DNA of 62,427 bases, filler included, from Sluysia triapertura (Eukaryota): NCBI GenBank assembly GCA_046118255.1. It is 5 parts of 5 records of this genome, joined end to end, with 100 filler letters (N's around TTAATTAATTAA, not from the genome) between each part and the next. Parts side by side here need not be neighbours in the genome. Positions count along the whole stretch, not along the records: positions 1 to 11,741 come from JBJNIA010174918.1; positions 11,842 to 25,223 come from JBJNIA010043572.1; 3 more parts are not named here. One strand, 5' to 3'. Position 1 is the first letter of the stretch; each line of letters starts with the position of its first letter. Made by a program: the position numbers and the translations under genes. Shown piece after piece: positions 1-12,999 of this stretch. The notes beneath the pieces are model-generated. The model searched no databases. It was given only the letters and a program-made list of their open reading frames with translations, and was not told the DNA's origin.

Positions 1-299
1 TATAAAACTCAATCATCTTCTATTATAATTTATTATTTATATTTAATATTTTTATTTTTTATATTTTATGTGTTATGAATTTTGTAAAAATTAAAATATT
101 ATTAAAAATTATATAAATTAGTACTATTTAAAAATTATAATAAATAATTACATTAAAAATTCAAATTAAAAAATTAAATTAAAGAAAAAGGATATTATAG
201 AAACTATTTTTTTATCAATCAAAAATTAAATATGCGTCTTTATGTGAAAAATTAATATTCACAAAGACAACACAACAGACAAATAAAGTTAATACCTTT

Positions 300-1100
300 A
301 TATTCAACAAAGAAATAAAGTCGACAAAAATCTATCACAAGTATTCACATTAGATTACTGCAACACTCAACGACAATCGAAATAAATTAATATCAGGATA
401 GAGCAGCAAAATTCTATCGATTTTGGCCAACAATTTATGTTTAAAAAATTCAAGTAGTAAATCTAATTTTTATAGTTGCACTCGATCAGAGTCATAAAAT
501 CTTACGTAAAATATCCTATTTCCGTTGGTCCTTAAGGCCAATGACAACATCATTTTAAACTAATTTAAATCTTCTGGCAGACTAGGTCTTTCCAAAAGAA
601 AAATACATTATTATTATTAGTTATATTATTAAACTAATTAGATTTTGGACATTTTGTTTTTGTTATTAATTGAATATTTATCTTTGCAACAATGCTATTG
701 TCATTTTAATATTTTTAGTGTATTTAATAAATACTGGAATAGTCCTTACTTAATCATTTGAATTATTGAATATCTAAATAAAGAATTTAGGGTAAACGAA
801 CACTTAGTTTGATAATTTTCTAATAATTTAACATTTAACATAAAATAAGTATATAATAAGGGATATTAAATTACTACAGATTTGAAAGTATATTGGTAGT
901 AAAGTAACTTGAAAAAATAATTTTATTGCAGTTACTAAATAACAATTTACGTATTTTAACGAGTTTTATTGTTTCACGTATCTACAGCCACGCCATTTTA
1001 AGTCGTGTATCATAGACGAACCTTTTTATTCCATTTTGCTGCTTTAGTAAGGTTAAGAAATAAAAACCACAGCAATACGAACTAAAGTATAATGTTGAAA
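300..1100 (+). repeat. Dispersed repeat (ORF tail + palindromic site + leader), related to 27640-28650
   Basis: Shared blocks: agcagcaa...atcgattttgg; gttggtccttaaggccaat vs gttggtcattaaggccaat; cacgccatt..aagtc and aggttaagaaa...cagcaa. The leader part also resembles 7450-7570 (taaaaaccacagca). Boundaries approximate. Confidence 0.65.
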
Positions 1101-1299
1101 TTCAACAAAATTACTAATCTTGAAATGTTACGACGCAGATAACGTAAAAATTATTTATTGTAATTAATTTTCTATAATAAAAGTTAAATTTACACCTGTA
1201 AGAAAAGTTTACATCAAATTAAACTTCAGTAACTTCAGATATTTTATTTAAATTGACATGTAACCTACTGTTAATGTATGACGTATTGTATTAAAAATT

Positions 1300-4200
1300 A
1301 CTGTGGAAAAGTTTTGTATTTAATTTTATGTTATTATTCAATTTTAATTTTATATATTATTCAAACAGTAAATGATTATTATGGTAATCATCTTAAATTT
1401 TGATTTTATTACGTTAATAAGATAAAAGGATTATTACCGTCGACATTTGATTATTAAAATTGGTCGTCTTAATAAAATTACGTCAATTTTCCAATTTGTT
1501 ATCTCCTCAGCAATTATCTAACTACTATATAAGCGATCGCATTATGTTATAAGTGATATTTTTGTATTATTAAGGTTAGTGAACCGAAACTTTTGTTGTT
1601 ATATTTATACTGGTACTAATATTTTACGCATTGTATCATCCCTGGATTTGGAGTATAATATTTTGTAATGAAATTTATTTACATTAAAGTATAATTGATA
1701 ATTTGTATTTATTTTGTAACTATTGAAAATATATCGAGATTTCAAACGAATTTAAAAAAAAGAAGCTGGTGTTTATCATAAATCTGCAGAAAAATAAAAT
1801 TTTAATATGCTGGTCTGTCTTCATATGGGGCTTACAATGTACAATAGACATATCTGTAGATTTGTAACTAATATGTTTTATTCTATTAAATTAGAATTCA
1901 GTATCTGTAGAAATTTAAAAATTTTGACTTTGTCTATATTCATATTATCGAGTCGACTTAACAAGAACAATGTATAGGACTATTTAATATACTGCGATTT
2001 TTTATCGAAATATAATTTAACCAACTCTGATTGTATATTTTGCATTTATTAATCAAATATGACAACAAAAAAATAAAAAATTTCATTACTATTGAATAAA
2101 ACAAAGCGAATTTGCACAAATAATCCATAATCATAAAAATACAAAACACAATGTTCAATATCAAGTAATAACTTAATATAAATAGATTATTATTGTTGAT
2201 GTAATATTCTTTTTGATCATATTTTTAATATTTAATTTTAAATTTTTTTAAAACGTATAAAAATCAAAAACGTATCAAAAAAGTACCGTATAAAAAAGAA
2301 GAAATAGTTGTTCATAAAGACTATTTTCTATCATTAAATTAATTTAATTTCATACAGTTATTGTGATTTTAAATTATTTTGGTTTTGATTATTGTAAAAT
2401 ACAAATTTTATAAATATAATTTTATAAATACAAATTTTATTTTATAAATTTGTTAAATTAATGTAACTACGATGACATTGTGAAATTAGTACAATAATTA
2501 CAATTATTTTTTTAATTATATTTTAATTATTTAAAATTAATTAAATTAATAAGATATTAAAAATTTTAAATTTTAATTACAATTAATGTATTAAATATTT
2601 AATTCACATTTAGCAGTATTTGCACAAATAAATTGAAAATTTGTATAAAATGGTTTAATTTTTAATTAATTATAATTATAATGATTAAATAAATGTCAAT
2701 TAACAAAATTATTTTAGTTATTGTTAAATAATGCGTATAATATAATGTAAAATATATCATTTCATATATTAATGGTTATATATTAAGAAAAAGTTAACAA
2801 ATTTAGTTAAATTAATATTTTATATAAATATTAAGAAATTTTAATATTAATAAATTATTATTATCATAATAATAATAACAATTATTACTATTTTATTTAT
2901 TTAATTGATCTCATAAATAAATCAGCAGTTATGTCTGAATATATTATCATATCGAATTCGAAGTTGATTTCATGACGAGATTTGGTTTCAAGAAAGTATC
3001 TAAAATTTTGTCATAGTAAAACAAGTTCCAACCGATCTTATGTACAACTAGTACCTTTGTATATATAAAATATTATTTCTACTTTCCTTACTTAATTAAT
3101 ATTGATTTCCATAGTTCAAATAGTCTTAAAGGTACAATAAACCATATATTTATGTTATTTCATAAGCATTTATCAAGAAGAATAATTTTAAAAGCATTGT
3201 TATACATTAATATCTGAATTAGAAAATTGGTTTGGTTGTCAGAATCAATGTTTTTGAAAAATATCTGCTAGTGATAATATACACTACACTGTTAGTATTC
3301 CAATATTTTCTTCGAGATTTCATTCAATGTAATTAAAACTTTTTTTGCCTTTAAAAGTTTGTATTTTCAAGCAACAATATAAGTTACATAAAAATAATGA
3401 ATGACAAAATTTATTTTTGAAATAAAAGTTAAATGCAAAGTTCAAAATGAATTATTTCTAAAAAAAGTCAAAGCTTTTGCAAAATTTCCTAAACTGTTTA
3501 TAAATTATATGAAAAATACTATTTCAACCACGATTATTTGTATACCAGGTACGTATATTTAGATCTATGGTGAGCTGAAGGAAAATTATACCGCTAAATA
3601 AATTTAACAATTATTATACGAAAAGTCAAAACATGACTTGAGAAAAAATGGTTAAACTTGGAAAATAATTTCAAATTAAAATGTTAAAAGATGCCTTTAG
3701 ACACATTTGGTAGAATTTTATTAGAATTTCATTAGGTAATCTATTAGAAATCTATTATGTAAATTGTAGATTATGTAACAATGAAAATCTACAAGTAATT
3801 CTAACATTTTAAGACTTATTTTTATAATATTTAAAAGTAAAAAATTGTTCATTTTGATTTTTAGTGATGTTTTAAGTAGGTATTGAAGTCCTGAATATTG
3901 GAAATGATGATGAATATTTCATTGAGACATAATAATAATCTATAAAGAATTCACAGTGACAACAAGCTAGGTGATAGGTTATATATAACCAGTTACCATA
4001 GAATGTCAAATTGCCGTAAGATTATGTAATATTTAAAAACAGCAAAGTTCTTTCTGTTTCAGAAATACTATGGTGAATGATTTACCTTAAGTTCTTTTGA
4101 GTACTTTGGCATTAGATATGAGCTCAATATAAATTAATATATTATATTATTATTATATTATGATTTAAATATATTTTATGTCAAGATATAATATGTGTAA

Positions 4201-4600
4201 TGTTAGAATGGAATGTCCAGCTAAAATGTTTTGTTCGCCCAGTTGCACAATTGCGTAAAGTTTGTTTTGATTTTTGAAGTTTGAGAACAGCATTGCTTGA
4301 AATGGTAGTTTGATAATTTTTAGTTAATTTGTGCTTTTGTTGCTATAATTGATGTTAATTATTTTGTAATTCAGATTGAGAACAATTCAGCATACGTATG
4401 CTTTATAATGTTCAAGATTATTAGTACGTCTATTAATCTTATGTGCATGTAATTAGCTAAAAATCGGTGATAGATTTGGAATCCATAAAAATACATATAA
4501 TTCATAGTTTTGTTCATTGTTCGATTTAATGTTTAAGATAATAAATGAGAGAAAAATTGTAGAACGTTACGTGCTTTAAATTGAGAATTACATTATTAAT
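1300..4600 (-). mobile_element. Decayed unclassified coding repeat (TM/signal-peptide modules), homologous to 14800-17900; interrupted by an L2 fragment
   Basis: 3470-3560 aligns with 17020-17120 (caggtacgtatattt/caggtatatatactt; IYVPG vs VYIPA). 1990-2100 resembles 15490-15600. ORF 1958-2164 has TM and signal-like hydrophobic stretches. Confidence 0.5.
3884..4160 (+). mobile_element. L2-clade LINE 3' end fragment
   Basis: Matches 21680-21960 and the reverse complement of 54225-54480 (gatgaatatttcatt, ttcagaaata, tttgagtactt, gatatgagc); AT-rich tail. Confidence 0.75.
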
Positions 4601-5269
4601 TGATTTTTACAATAAAATTAAATGGAATCATTTAGACCACCAATTTCAAATAAAATTTAAATAAGAATATTAATTATTATTTTAAAACCAAAAATTTAAT
4701 AACCATATATTATATGGCTATAATAAATTTTAATAATTTGAATTAGTACAGTCCATTAAAATATATATTATTTATTGTGCTATAATAAAGTAAAGAATAA
4801 TTTAAAGTTACAAAGATATAAAATCGACAAAAAACAAAAATTCAATATGTCTGAAAGTGGAAAAAAATACTTCATTATTTTTCATATGAAAGTATTAAAG
4901 TTTCTAAAATAAACACCATCATATGAAATAAGCATCTGGCTTAATTATATGAAGAGATCAGTCGATCTATTACGATGATAACATTTAACCACTTAACAAT
5001 TTAACTCATGGCTAGAACAATCAAAAGTAATCTAAAAATTGAGATAAATAAGAAAACTTTATTCGAAAATATGCAGAAAATATGTGTATGTAATGGACGA
5101 ATAACTTGAAGAAAATGAACATATACCGATTTCTGTTGAGACTAACACTGAGGAAACTGAAAAATAACTGTAAGTGAATACTAAGTACAGCCGATACTGT
5201 TTAAGTTATACTTTTGAATGGTTTTAAATTACAGTGAGTTGAATTTCTTAACTGCATTAAAAATAGAAT

Positions 5270-6020
5270 TGTAACTCTGGAGAAGTCTTTTATGTACATT
5301 AAAGCATTCATTCGTTATCATAAAATCTCATTATGGATTTCATCTTATTAAATACCAATTTAATGTCAATTATTTAGTTAAAACAGTTACTTCTTTTACT
5401 GCTAGTACTTTGATAAAATAATTCATCCTATAGAATGCTTGGTACATCTGATTAAGGTCTATTTGAAACACCACATGATACAATACAAGTGAGTGTACCC
5501 ATTGAAAACTTGAAGAAGGTAGTTACCTTAATATGACAAACATGCTTAAAGTTGTACTGGTCCTAAAAATTTTATTTCTTAGTTTCGTCACACGTGTTAT
5601 GTTGCCATCACAACCCTGTAAAATAATTTTAAGATGTCATAATGAAACCTTAAAATTAATTAAAATTATTTAAAATCATAAAAAATTATTCTAAAATCAT
5701 TTAAAATTAATTAAAAAAGAATTTATTTTTCAAAAAAGAAAATTAGCTTTTCTAAATAGCATAGAACATTCCATCGACTTTCATTGGATGATGACTAGTA
5801 CATAAACTAGCATCAATACAATGAAAATCGCCATTTAAAAATCTAGCCATTTGTAATAATATTAGTGTAGTGAAAGCTGATATTTTGTAAGCACCCATTT
5901 ACAATATTATCATTGTCTACATTTTTATCAAACTGTTCTAAATTACTCTCCATTCTATGCGGATGAAAAAAAATATCGGAATCATCTGCTCGAAACTATT
6001 TTTAGATCCATGCAACAAGT
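5270..6020 (-). mobile_element. Highly decayed piggyBac-like transposase fragments
   Basis: Minus-strand patches SKNSFEQMI (cf. MSRNRF), HCIDASL..HHPMK (cf. SIDESM..HSMKQ) and DLNQMYQAFYR (cf. D..DQ...YR) occur in the expected order, with many stops and frameshifts. Confidence 0.45.
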
Positions 6021-6819
6021 AATTTGTTTTTATTAAGGCTGATATTTGTTTTGTTTAAGAAAACAAATATAAAATCCACGTAAAATTATTTTTCGTTTAA
6101 TTTAATTTTAATAGTGAGGGGTAAAATCTAGTGTAAACTGATATTTATTAATTATTAAAGACTCCTAGAAGTTTTAATAATAAATTTCATACTTCCTTTT
6201 ACTTTTTCACTTTTATTCTTTGTCAAAGTCTACTAAATCTAAATTTAGTTTCGAATACATTTAATATATATCTAAAAATAACAACAAATAAGTATTAATA
6301 CAATGAATTTATGTTATTCTAAAAATAAATTTAATCGATCAAAAAATGGTATTACCATTATTATTTTATTGTTATTTTTATTATTAAAATCATTAACAAT
6401 GTTATTTCTAAAATTCTTTTCTTTTAATAAGTCAAATTTTATTCGGTCAAGGTCAAATTAAAAATACATAAATAAACGTGAAATATTCACAAAAACGTAC
6501 AATAAAAGTCACAATAAAAAAGTTCTTATACAAAGGTCATCGCATTTTTTTCGTTAAACTATATTTTACTCCGATCATCTAACAAGGTTCAATATTCGAA
6601 TTTCAATAATATATCGGGAACATTAAAATTAAATCAATCGAAAGATAATTTTACGTGGATTATCTTGTCCAATTTACTTGTCCAACTTCTTCGAAAAATC
6701 AATCAACTCAAGGATTACAATTTCTTTGATAGAATTTTATTCTGCTTTTAACCGTTAGCTTGAATTATATAGGTTTTATAATCACTTTTAATTGAAAGTA
6801 ATTTTGCACTTAATTTATT

Positions 6820-7290
6820 TCTTAATTAATTTTTATCCCCCTTTTTAAGAGGTATGGAAACAGTTAATAAAATAAATATCAAAGATTAAATATTAATCTG
6901 GTTAAAATCATTATTATTTATATTATCATACTTTTTATAAATTTGCTAATATGTCCTTACAAAAATTTTTGTTGAGTTCTTATTCAGTGCCAAAATAAGG
7001 TCGCCGATTTTAATTGGACGTAAAATATAGGTACCTTATAGTTAAAGAAGAGATTTATAATTAAGGCTCACCGTTTTTGAAATTAAACATAATAAAAGTT
7101 TTTAACTGTACTTTTAGCATTTTTGATTAACATCCAATAATTTCTTAAAAGAACCAAAATTAGCATCGCATAAACCACAACAAATTTTGCCCAAAAAATA
7201 TAATTGATTTAATATAAACCAACTTATACCGCCAAGTAAGTTCTTCTAAAATACTGCTTACAACTTAGCCCTTAAGTAAGTAAGTCTAAG
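6820..7290 (+). repeat. ~470-bp non-coding repeat, copy 1 (copy 2 at 34390-34880)
   Basis: Near-identical blocks: ttttatccccctttt(t)aagagg; aggtcgccgattttaat; tttataattaagg..caccgttttt; aaatactgcttacaactta.cccttaagt.agtaagt. Confidence 0.9.
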
Positions 7291-7439
7291 ATTGTAAGAG
7301 ACTCACAGCGTAAATAAATAAAACATGTACTATACTTCAAGTTGTATAAATTTTTAATTCGTTAATAAATAGTTCTGTTAGTTGTTTGTGAATTTATTAG
7401 ACCCTCTAGTTATAAGAGTATAAATTTAATTTAATGTAT

Positions 7440-9720
7440 TTAGTTTAACTTATTTTGTTACAGAGGTTACTTCTTTACGACGTAAGACACTTACGGTAAC
7501 CGGACTCTGCTCAATTTTCTATTTTGCCTTAGGTTTAAACTCAAATATTAATAAAAACCACAGCAGAAGTAATGAAAGTTACCGACACATATATTTGTTA
7601 AAGATACTAGCAAATTAGACTCAGAAACATTTGTAGTACACTCCAGTAGATGTAAGATAGCACCAAATTAAGAAATAGAACTGTCAAAAAGTCGATATTA
7701 AAAGTTAAACAAAAAATGAAGGATCGTGATAAGCCGCCTACATTCAATTATTGATTAATAAGCAAGTTATCCTGATGTTAAATGTTTCAACCGGAATATT
7801 TTCTTAAATGTTTGTTTTAATAATGAATGAATTCGATATGTTATCGATACAGGAGCCACTATATCTGTTATACCCTATAATTTTTTAACTATTTGGATCC
7901 ACCACAAACAACAATCTATAACGTAGACTGAATACTATGAATAAACATGAACGGCGTTATATATGGTCATTTGACTATATTAGATCAATATGCAGATACA
8001 TTTATATAAGTTTGGGAAGACTCAACTTTTGATTTAATAATCGGACTAGACATTATTGACAAATTAGACGATATAGTAATTCATAATAAGTTCGTTTTAT
8101 AAAATTTCTACGAGGCGCACAAATGATTGGCGCAAATGAAACTCCGATTCATGCTCCAACACCTAATTTCGAATCTACTGATCCCATATTACCTTTGTTT
8201 CGATTTTCTGATATGCTATGGGAAGAATAATCTACTAACTCATCACCGATATCCGTGTCGAGTGAAATTTCGGAATCATCAGGGATTGGCTCTGATGATG
8301 CGATAATGCTTACTTTTACTAATGCAAATAATCAGAGCATTAAAAAACATTTTGACACCATTACTAATGTTAATAGTTTTACTCCTATCAAAGATGTTAC
8401 CCGGTGTTATTAATACTAATTTTGGCAGCAATATTGTTTATCATAGCTCTGGCAATAGTTATATTTGTAATCATTATATTCGTATCAAATAAATGTAGAT
8501 ACAAATAATGATGACAATGATCTATATACTTTTCCACATAGAGGTAATTTTGTTGCACCACCAACATTTCCATTAGCACTACCTCCTGCTTATGAGTTTG
8601 CAACAGGTAATGGCTCCCTTTAATATACGGAGGTTGGCAAATGACAAGTTTACAATCCGTTATGTTAGCATGTCATGTATAATCAATAGAATCTCCATAA
8701 TTTCAGTAATAACGAAATCAAATATAAATTATCATAAGTTTCCTCATTTTAATAGTGATATCTATTCAACCAAAATATTATGTTTTTGAATTTAAATTAA
8801 TAAAAATAACAATAATTTAATATCTCGAAATCAAATAACAATTGCTATCATCAGTTTTCACTTTAACGTTAATACAAATGATTTAATTATAAGTAAAATT
8901 TTTAAATTTCTGAAAGCATGAAATAATTAAGTTCCATTGATCCTTTTCATTTATATTAATTACTTAAGTATAATAAATAATATTAAACAAATATTCAAAT
9001 GCGTTTTTAGGACATTTATTTAAAGCTACGTATTATTACATATGCTAAGGCACATGGTAATCGTGTATTTATGTATTTACTTTAAAAAAGACCTTTCGAT
9101 ATGAGTATGGTTTGACCGAGTTCTTGTAAAGAAAGCCTTAATATTGAGCAAAGTCAAATTTTAATTAATTTTTAATTAGGGAATGTTGAATTTTTTGTAC
9201 TTAGAAAGATGAAAACGTATTGAATTGAATAAGAGATGATTTCTATGAGAGAGGAGAATCTATAAGTGAGTTTCAAATGTTTTCAGAATGGCGTGATTGA
9301 GAATAAGAACCTCAAACATTTTTCATTAGAGTATTTGGTGTGAAAAATTCTAAAAAGTGAAATTAAATTCATTATTTTTATGTATGTTAAGAATATTGTT
9401 GATTGTTATTTTAATGTGAAAATTAATTTAGGTAAAAATAGATTGAGTAGAGTAAAAGAAAATGATGGTTCATAATAAATTAATTATCAAATTAATTGTG
9501 TTTTGCACCTACTGAAGTTTGACAGACCGCACCATGTAATTGTCAAAGTGATTATTGTCGGTCTAATTCTCAAAGAGGTTTTGATGATTTGTTTGAAAAA
9601 GTGTTTGATTGTGAAATTCAGGATTGATTGGATGATGAGAAAGGATAAAATGAAAAACTTAAAATTTTACAACACAATATCAAGATCCACGTTTTGGTGA
9701 GTTTTAATTAATTTATTTTT
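7440..9720 (+). mobile_element. Decayed RT-less element: retropepsin-like protease followed by a Ser/Pro-rich linker, TM segment and small C-terminal domain
   Basis: IRYVIDTGATISVI (DTG at 7846-7854); DLIIGLDIIDKLDDIVIHN; TM PVLLILILAAILFIIALAIVIFVIIIF near 8400-8480. 9440-9700 aligns with 33190-33440. No RT motifs seen. Confidence 0.7.
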
Positions 9721-9822
9721 GTTTATTATTATTTTAATTTCATTATTGTTATTAGAATAAATTAATTATTTGGGGATTCCTATTTAATTTTGTTATTATT
9801 GTATTTTTATTATTTTTATTAA

Positions 9823-9976
9823 TGTTAGACTACATCAAATGGACTGACCGCGAATCTAACGCGGCCCTCTCGCTAAGCAGTTCGATGCTCTACCCTCTGA
9901 GCTGTCGAACTATTATCCCCGTCTAACAATTTTAGATTATTATAGTCAAATGTATTAAACAGCCTGTACCCCAACA
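9823..9976 (-). mobile_element. tRNA-containing mini-element, full copy with TTAA duplication
   Basis: Ends TGTTAGAC...CCCCAACA on the plus strand; flanks TTAA (9819-9822) and TTAA (9977-9980); internal decayed tRNA-like A/B boxes on the minus strand. Confidence 0.85.
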
Positions 9977-10689
9977 TTAAAATAAAATTTTTTAATCGCT
10001 AATTATTTTTGTTTTTTGTTATTTAATTTTATTATTTTTGCCAAAATGACATTTTTTCGGGGGAGGAGTTTTTAATTTTTTACGAATTGATATTGTTAAT
10101 TATTTTATTATTATAAAATAATTTTTCTATTATTTTAATTATTTTTTAAAATTATTTTATAATTTTAATTATTTTGATTATTTTATTATAAATTATTTTA
10201 TGATATCAATTACTATTAAATTTAAATAAAGTTTAAATAAAGGTATTTATAAACTACAAATTATTTTACACTATTTCTACTATTGAGTTAAGATATAATT
10301 ATCCAAAAATACTTAACTATTATTATTTTGACTCTTTTTAGATATTGTTAATTTAATTTTTTTGTTGCGTCACCTCTGGTTTCTTTGGATAGAATATTGC
10401 TTTTCTGATATTTTCATAAATATTATTTCTAGTTTTGAAGTCTTGCCATTTTGATTTGATTTATTTATATTATAATTAAAGAATAAATTATAACGACTTG
10501 CATTTGATTTTGTAGTGTTGAATTAATGAGCTATTGTTATTAACTTTAAAACGTAATTAATTTATTTAAAAATAGCATTTTGACTAAATGTCATTGTTTA
10601 GAGTAAGATAATTTGTGATAATATATGTTTAATTTCGTGATTATTGGTGGATCGATCAAATATTGAATTTATGTTGCTAGCGAATATGA

Positions 10690-10950
10690 AAGAAAACAGA
10701 AAGATAAACTATAGAAAATGCTATGACTAAGAAGGCCGATAGGGATAATAAACCTCATTATCCTCACCTAGATGTTGAGGTAACTGAATGACTTAAAAAT
10801 CGTTGAGACTAAAAGCTTTACATATTTGAAAACAGTTTGGCCAATACACTAAGTTTCATGCTTCTGCGGATTTGACATATATATTTAAGAGAAGATATGG
10901 TTAATCTTTATGCAGAAAGTCTGGTATTGCACAAAAATTGCCAGCGTCTA
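10690..10950 (+). mobile_element. pogo/Tigger-like transposase fragment (CENP-B-type HTH)
   Basis: KPHYPHLDVEVTE*LKNR and KFHASADLTYIFKRRYG*SLCRKSGIAQKLP match the pogo pattern F.AS.GW...F..R.GLS.R..T..AQKLP; in-frame stops. Confidence 0.7.
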
Positions 10951-11741
10951 CAATGGAGGACTCCACTGATGAAAAAGAAGATGATGAAATAAACATTTAT
11001 TATAAAGATGGGGCACGTCATTATCAGTTTCGTTGCACAAACTTGAAATGTTTCTGAAATATAGTGACAAAGAAGAATTTGAGTAAACACTTTAAGTAAG
11101 CACTCTTCATATATCTTAACAATTTTATTACGATTGATGATACAAAATAAATTATTATTATTCGTGTAATTTTTTATATTGATAAATTGATTTTTATCAA
11201 TTTATTTTATTGATATTTTATAGTATTAAAGTATTTTATAATATTAATTGTTACTAAGTTAAAATAAAATTATCCATAAATAATTATGTATTACTGTTAT
11301 TATTTTATTTTATGAATTGATTTGGGAAACTCCCTGCCAAAACTATTTAAAAGTACTTTAAGATAAATATTTGATTATTATTTTAACTGTGATTTCAAAT
11401 TATTATGAATTGATTTTGGAAGACTCTTGTCCAAATTATTTTATAATTTTTCCGTTATTAACTTAAAATAACATTATCCAAAAATATTTAAGTATTATTA
11501 TTATTTTCAACTTTTTAGATATTGATAATTTGATTTTGTTATAAAAATTATTGTTGATTCTGAGATTTAGTCATTTTAGTTAATTCACTTATATTATTGT
11601 TAATCGGAGGCGTTTAATGACAATCTGTATTTGATTTTGTAATTATTATATTATTGAGTTAATTTTATTAATTTGAATTGAAGATCATAATTTTTTGGTT
11701 GAATAAATATCAATATTAAAATAAGAAAATTTGTGATAATT

Positions 11742-11841
11742 NNNNNNNNNNNNNNNNNNNNNNNNNNNNNNNNNNNNNNNNNNNNTTAATTAATTAANNN
11801 NNNNNNNNNNNNNNNNNNNNNNNNNNNNNNNNNNNNNNNNN
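11742..11841. other. Artificial 100-bp contig spacer
   Basis: 44 N + TTAATTAATTAA (stops in all six frames) + 44 N; identical at four places. Confidence 0.97.
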
Positions 11842-12999
11842 TCAACGAAGTTTATAATACTTCATCTGTTACTTCTCATCAATTCTTTCTTCATTTGTAA
11901 TTCTATATATTCTTTACTTGTCTCTTAATCTAAAGTTGGGCAATCCCAACAATAGTAACAATTAAATTGTAATGTTTATACATTTTTTATTTAGACGTGA
12001 TTTTAAACTCCAATTCGGCATAGACTATCCAGCACAACAACTTGTAAAAACATTTTTAGTCACTCTTTTACTAGCACTTTTACTTACGTTTACCAACGAT
12101 GTGAGTCATCATTGCAAACTATTCGACTATCAACAAAATATATTCATCGTTAGAACCTTTCATACCTTATTTTCTGATCTGCTTTCTTCCACTCAGTAAA
12201 TCATATTTTATAGACATTCAAATATCATGTCAATCCTGATTAACACTTTTCTATCATTTAAAACTCATATAACTTTAATTTTTCAAAAAAGTAACATCTA
12301 ACGACATTTTTTATCAATATAATTATATCACAACAGAGAAAAGAACATCAAAAAAACTGAAAGTGAGCTCAATGACCTTAAATTTCAACAAATAATCAGT
12401 TGTCGATGTACCACAAAGTTTAAAAAAACGACGTAACATACAATGAAAACAAACGAAAAATGCGATGGTAGAAAATTCGATAAAGTAAAAATATTACACA
12501 TATCGGATGTTATTTGTGAATAGACACTTTCATTACAACAAATGATTAGTCGTTGTATGATTTGGAATATATTCTTTATTTTGAATTATCGTGTAACGCT
12601 GAAGGAAGAATCCATAAAAAGAGGAAGAAATACAGAAATATGAAAAAATAAGCAAATTATTTATTTATAATTGTAACCGCCTTTTCAGAGACACAGTATG
12701 AAATATATTAGATTCAATTTGAATTTGAAATTAAAGATCCTTTACGTTTTAATTATGAACTTATGTATTTGAAATTGTTTAATATATAAATTATAATTTG
12801 TTTATTATTTTATTATTATTATCACTTTTATTGTTATTTTATTTATTAAAAATTAAAAATAATAGATATTGTTATTAATTACTTTCAATGGCAAATACTT
12901 TAGGAAATTTCTTTAAAAAATGAAATCGGACAAATTATAAAACATTATAGTAATATTAAAAATCATTATTATTTAATACCCATAGAATTAACATCAAAA

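Noticed and set aside
11786-11797. TTAATTAATTAA recurring four times inside N-runs
   Set aside because: Identical 44N-12-44N layout each time: an artificial six-frame-stop linker, not biology.
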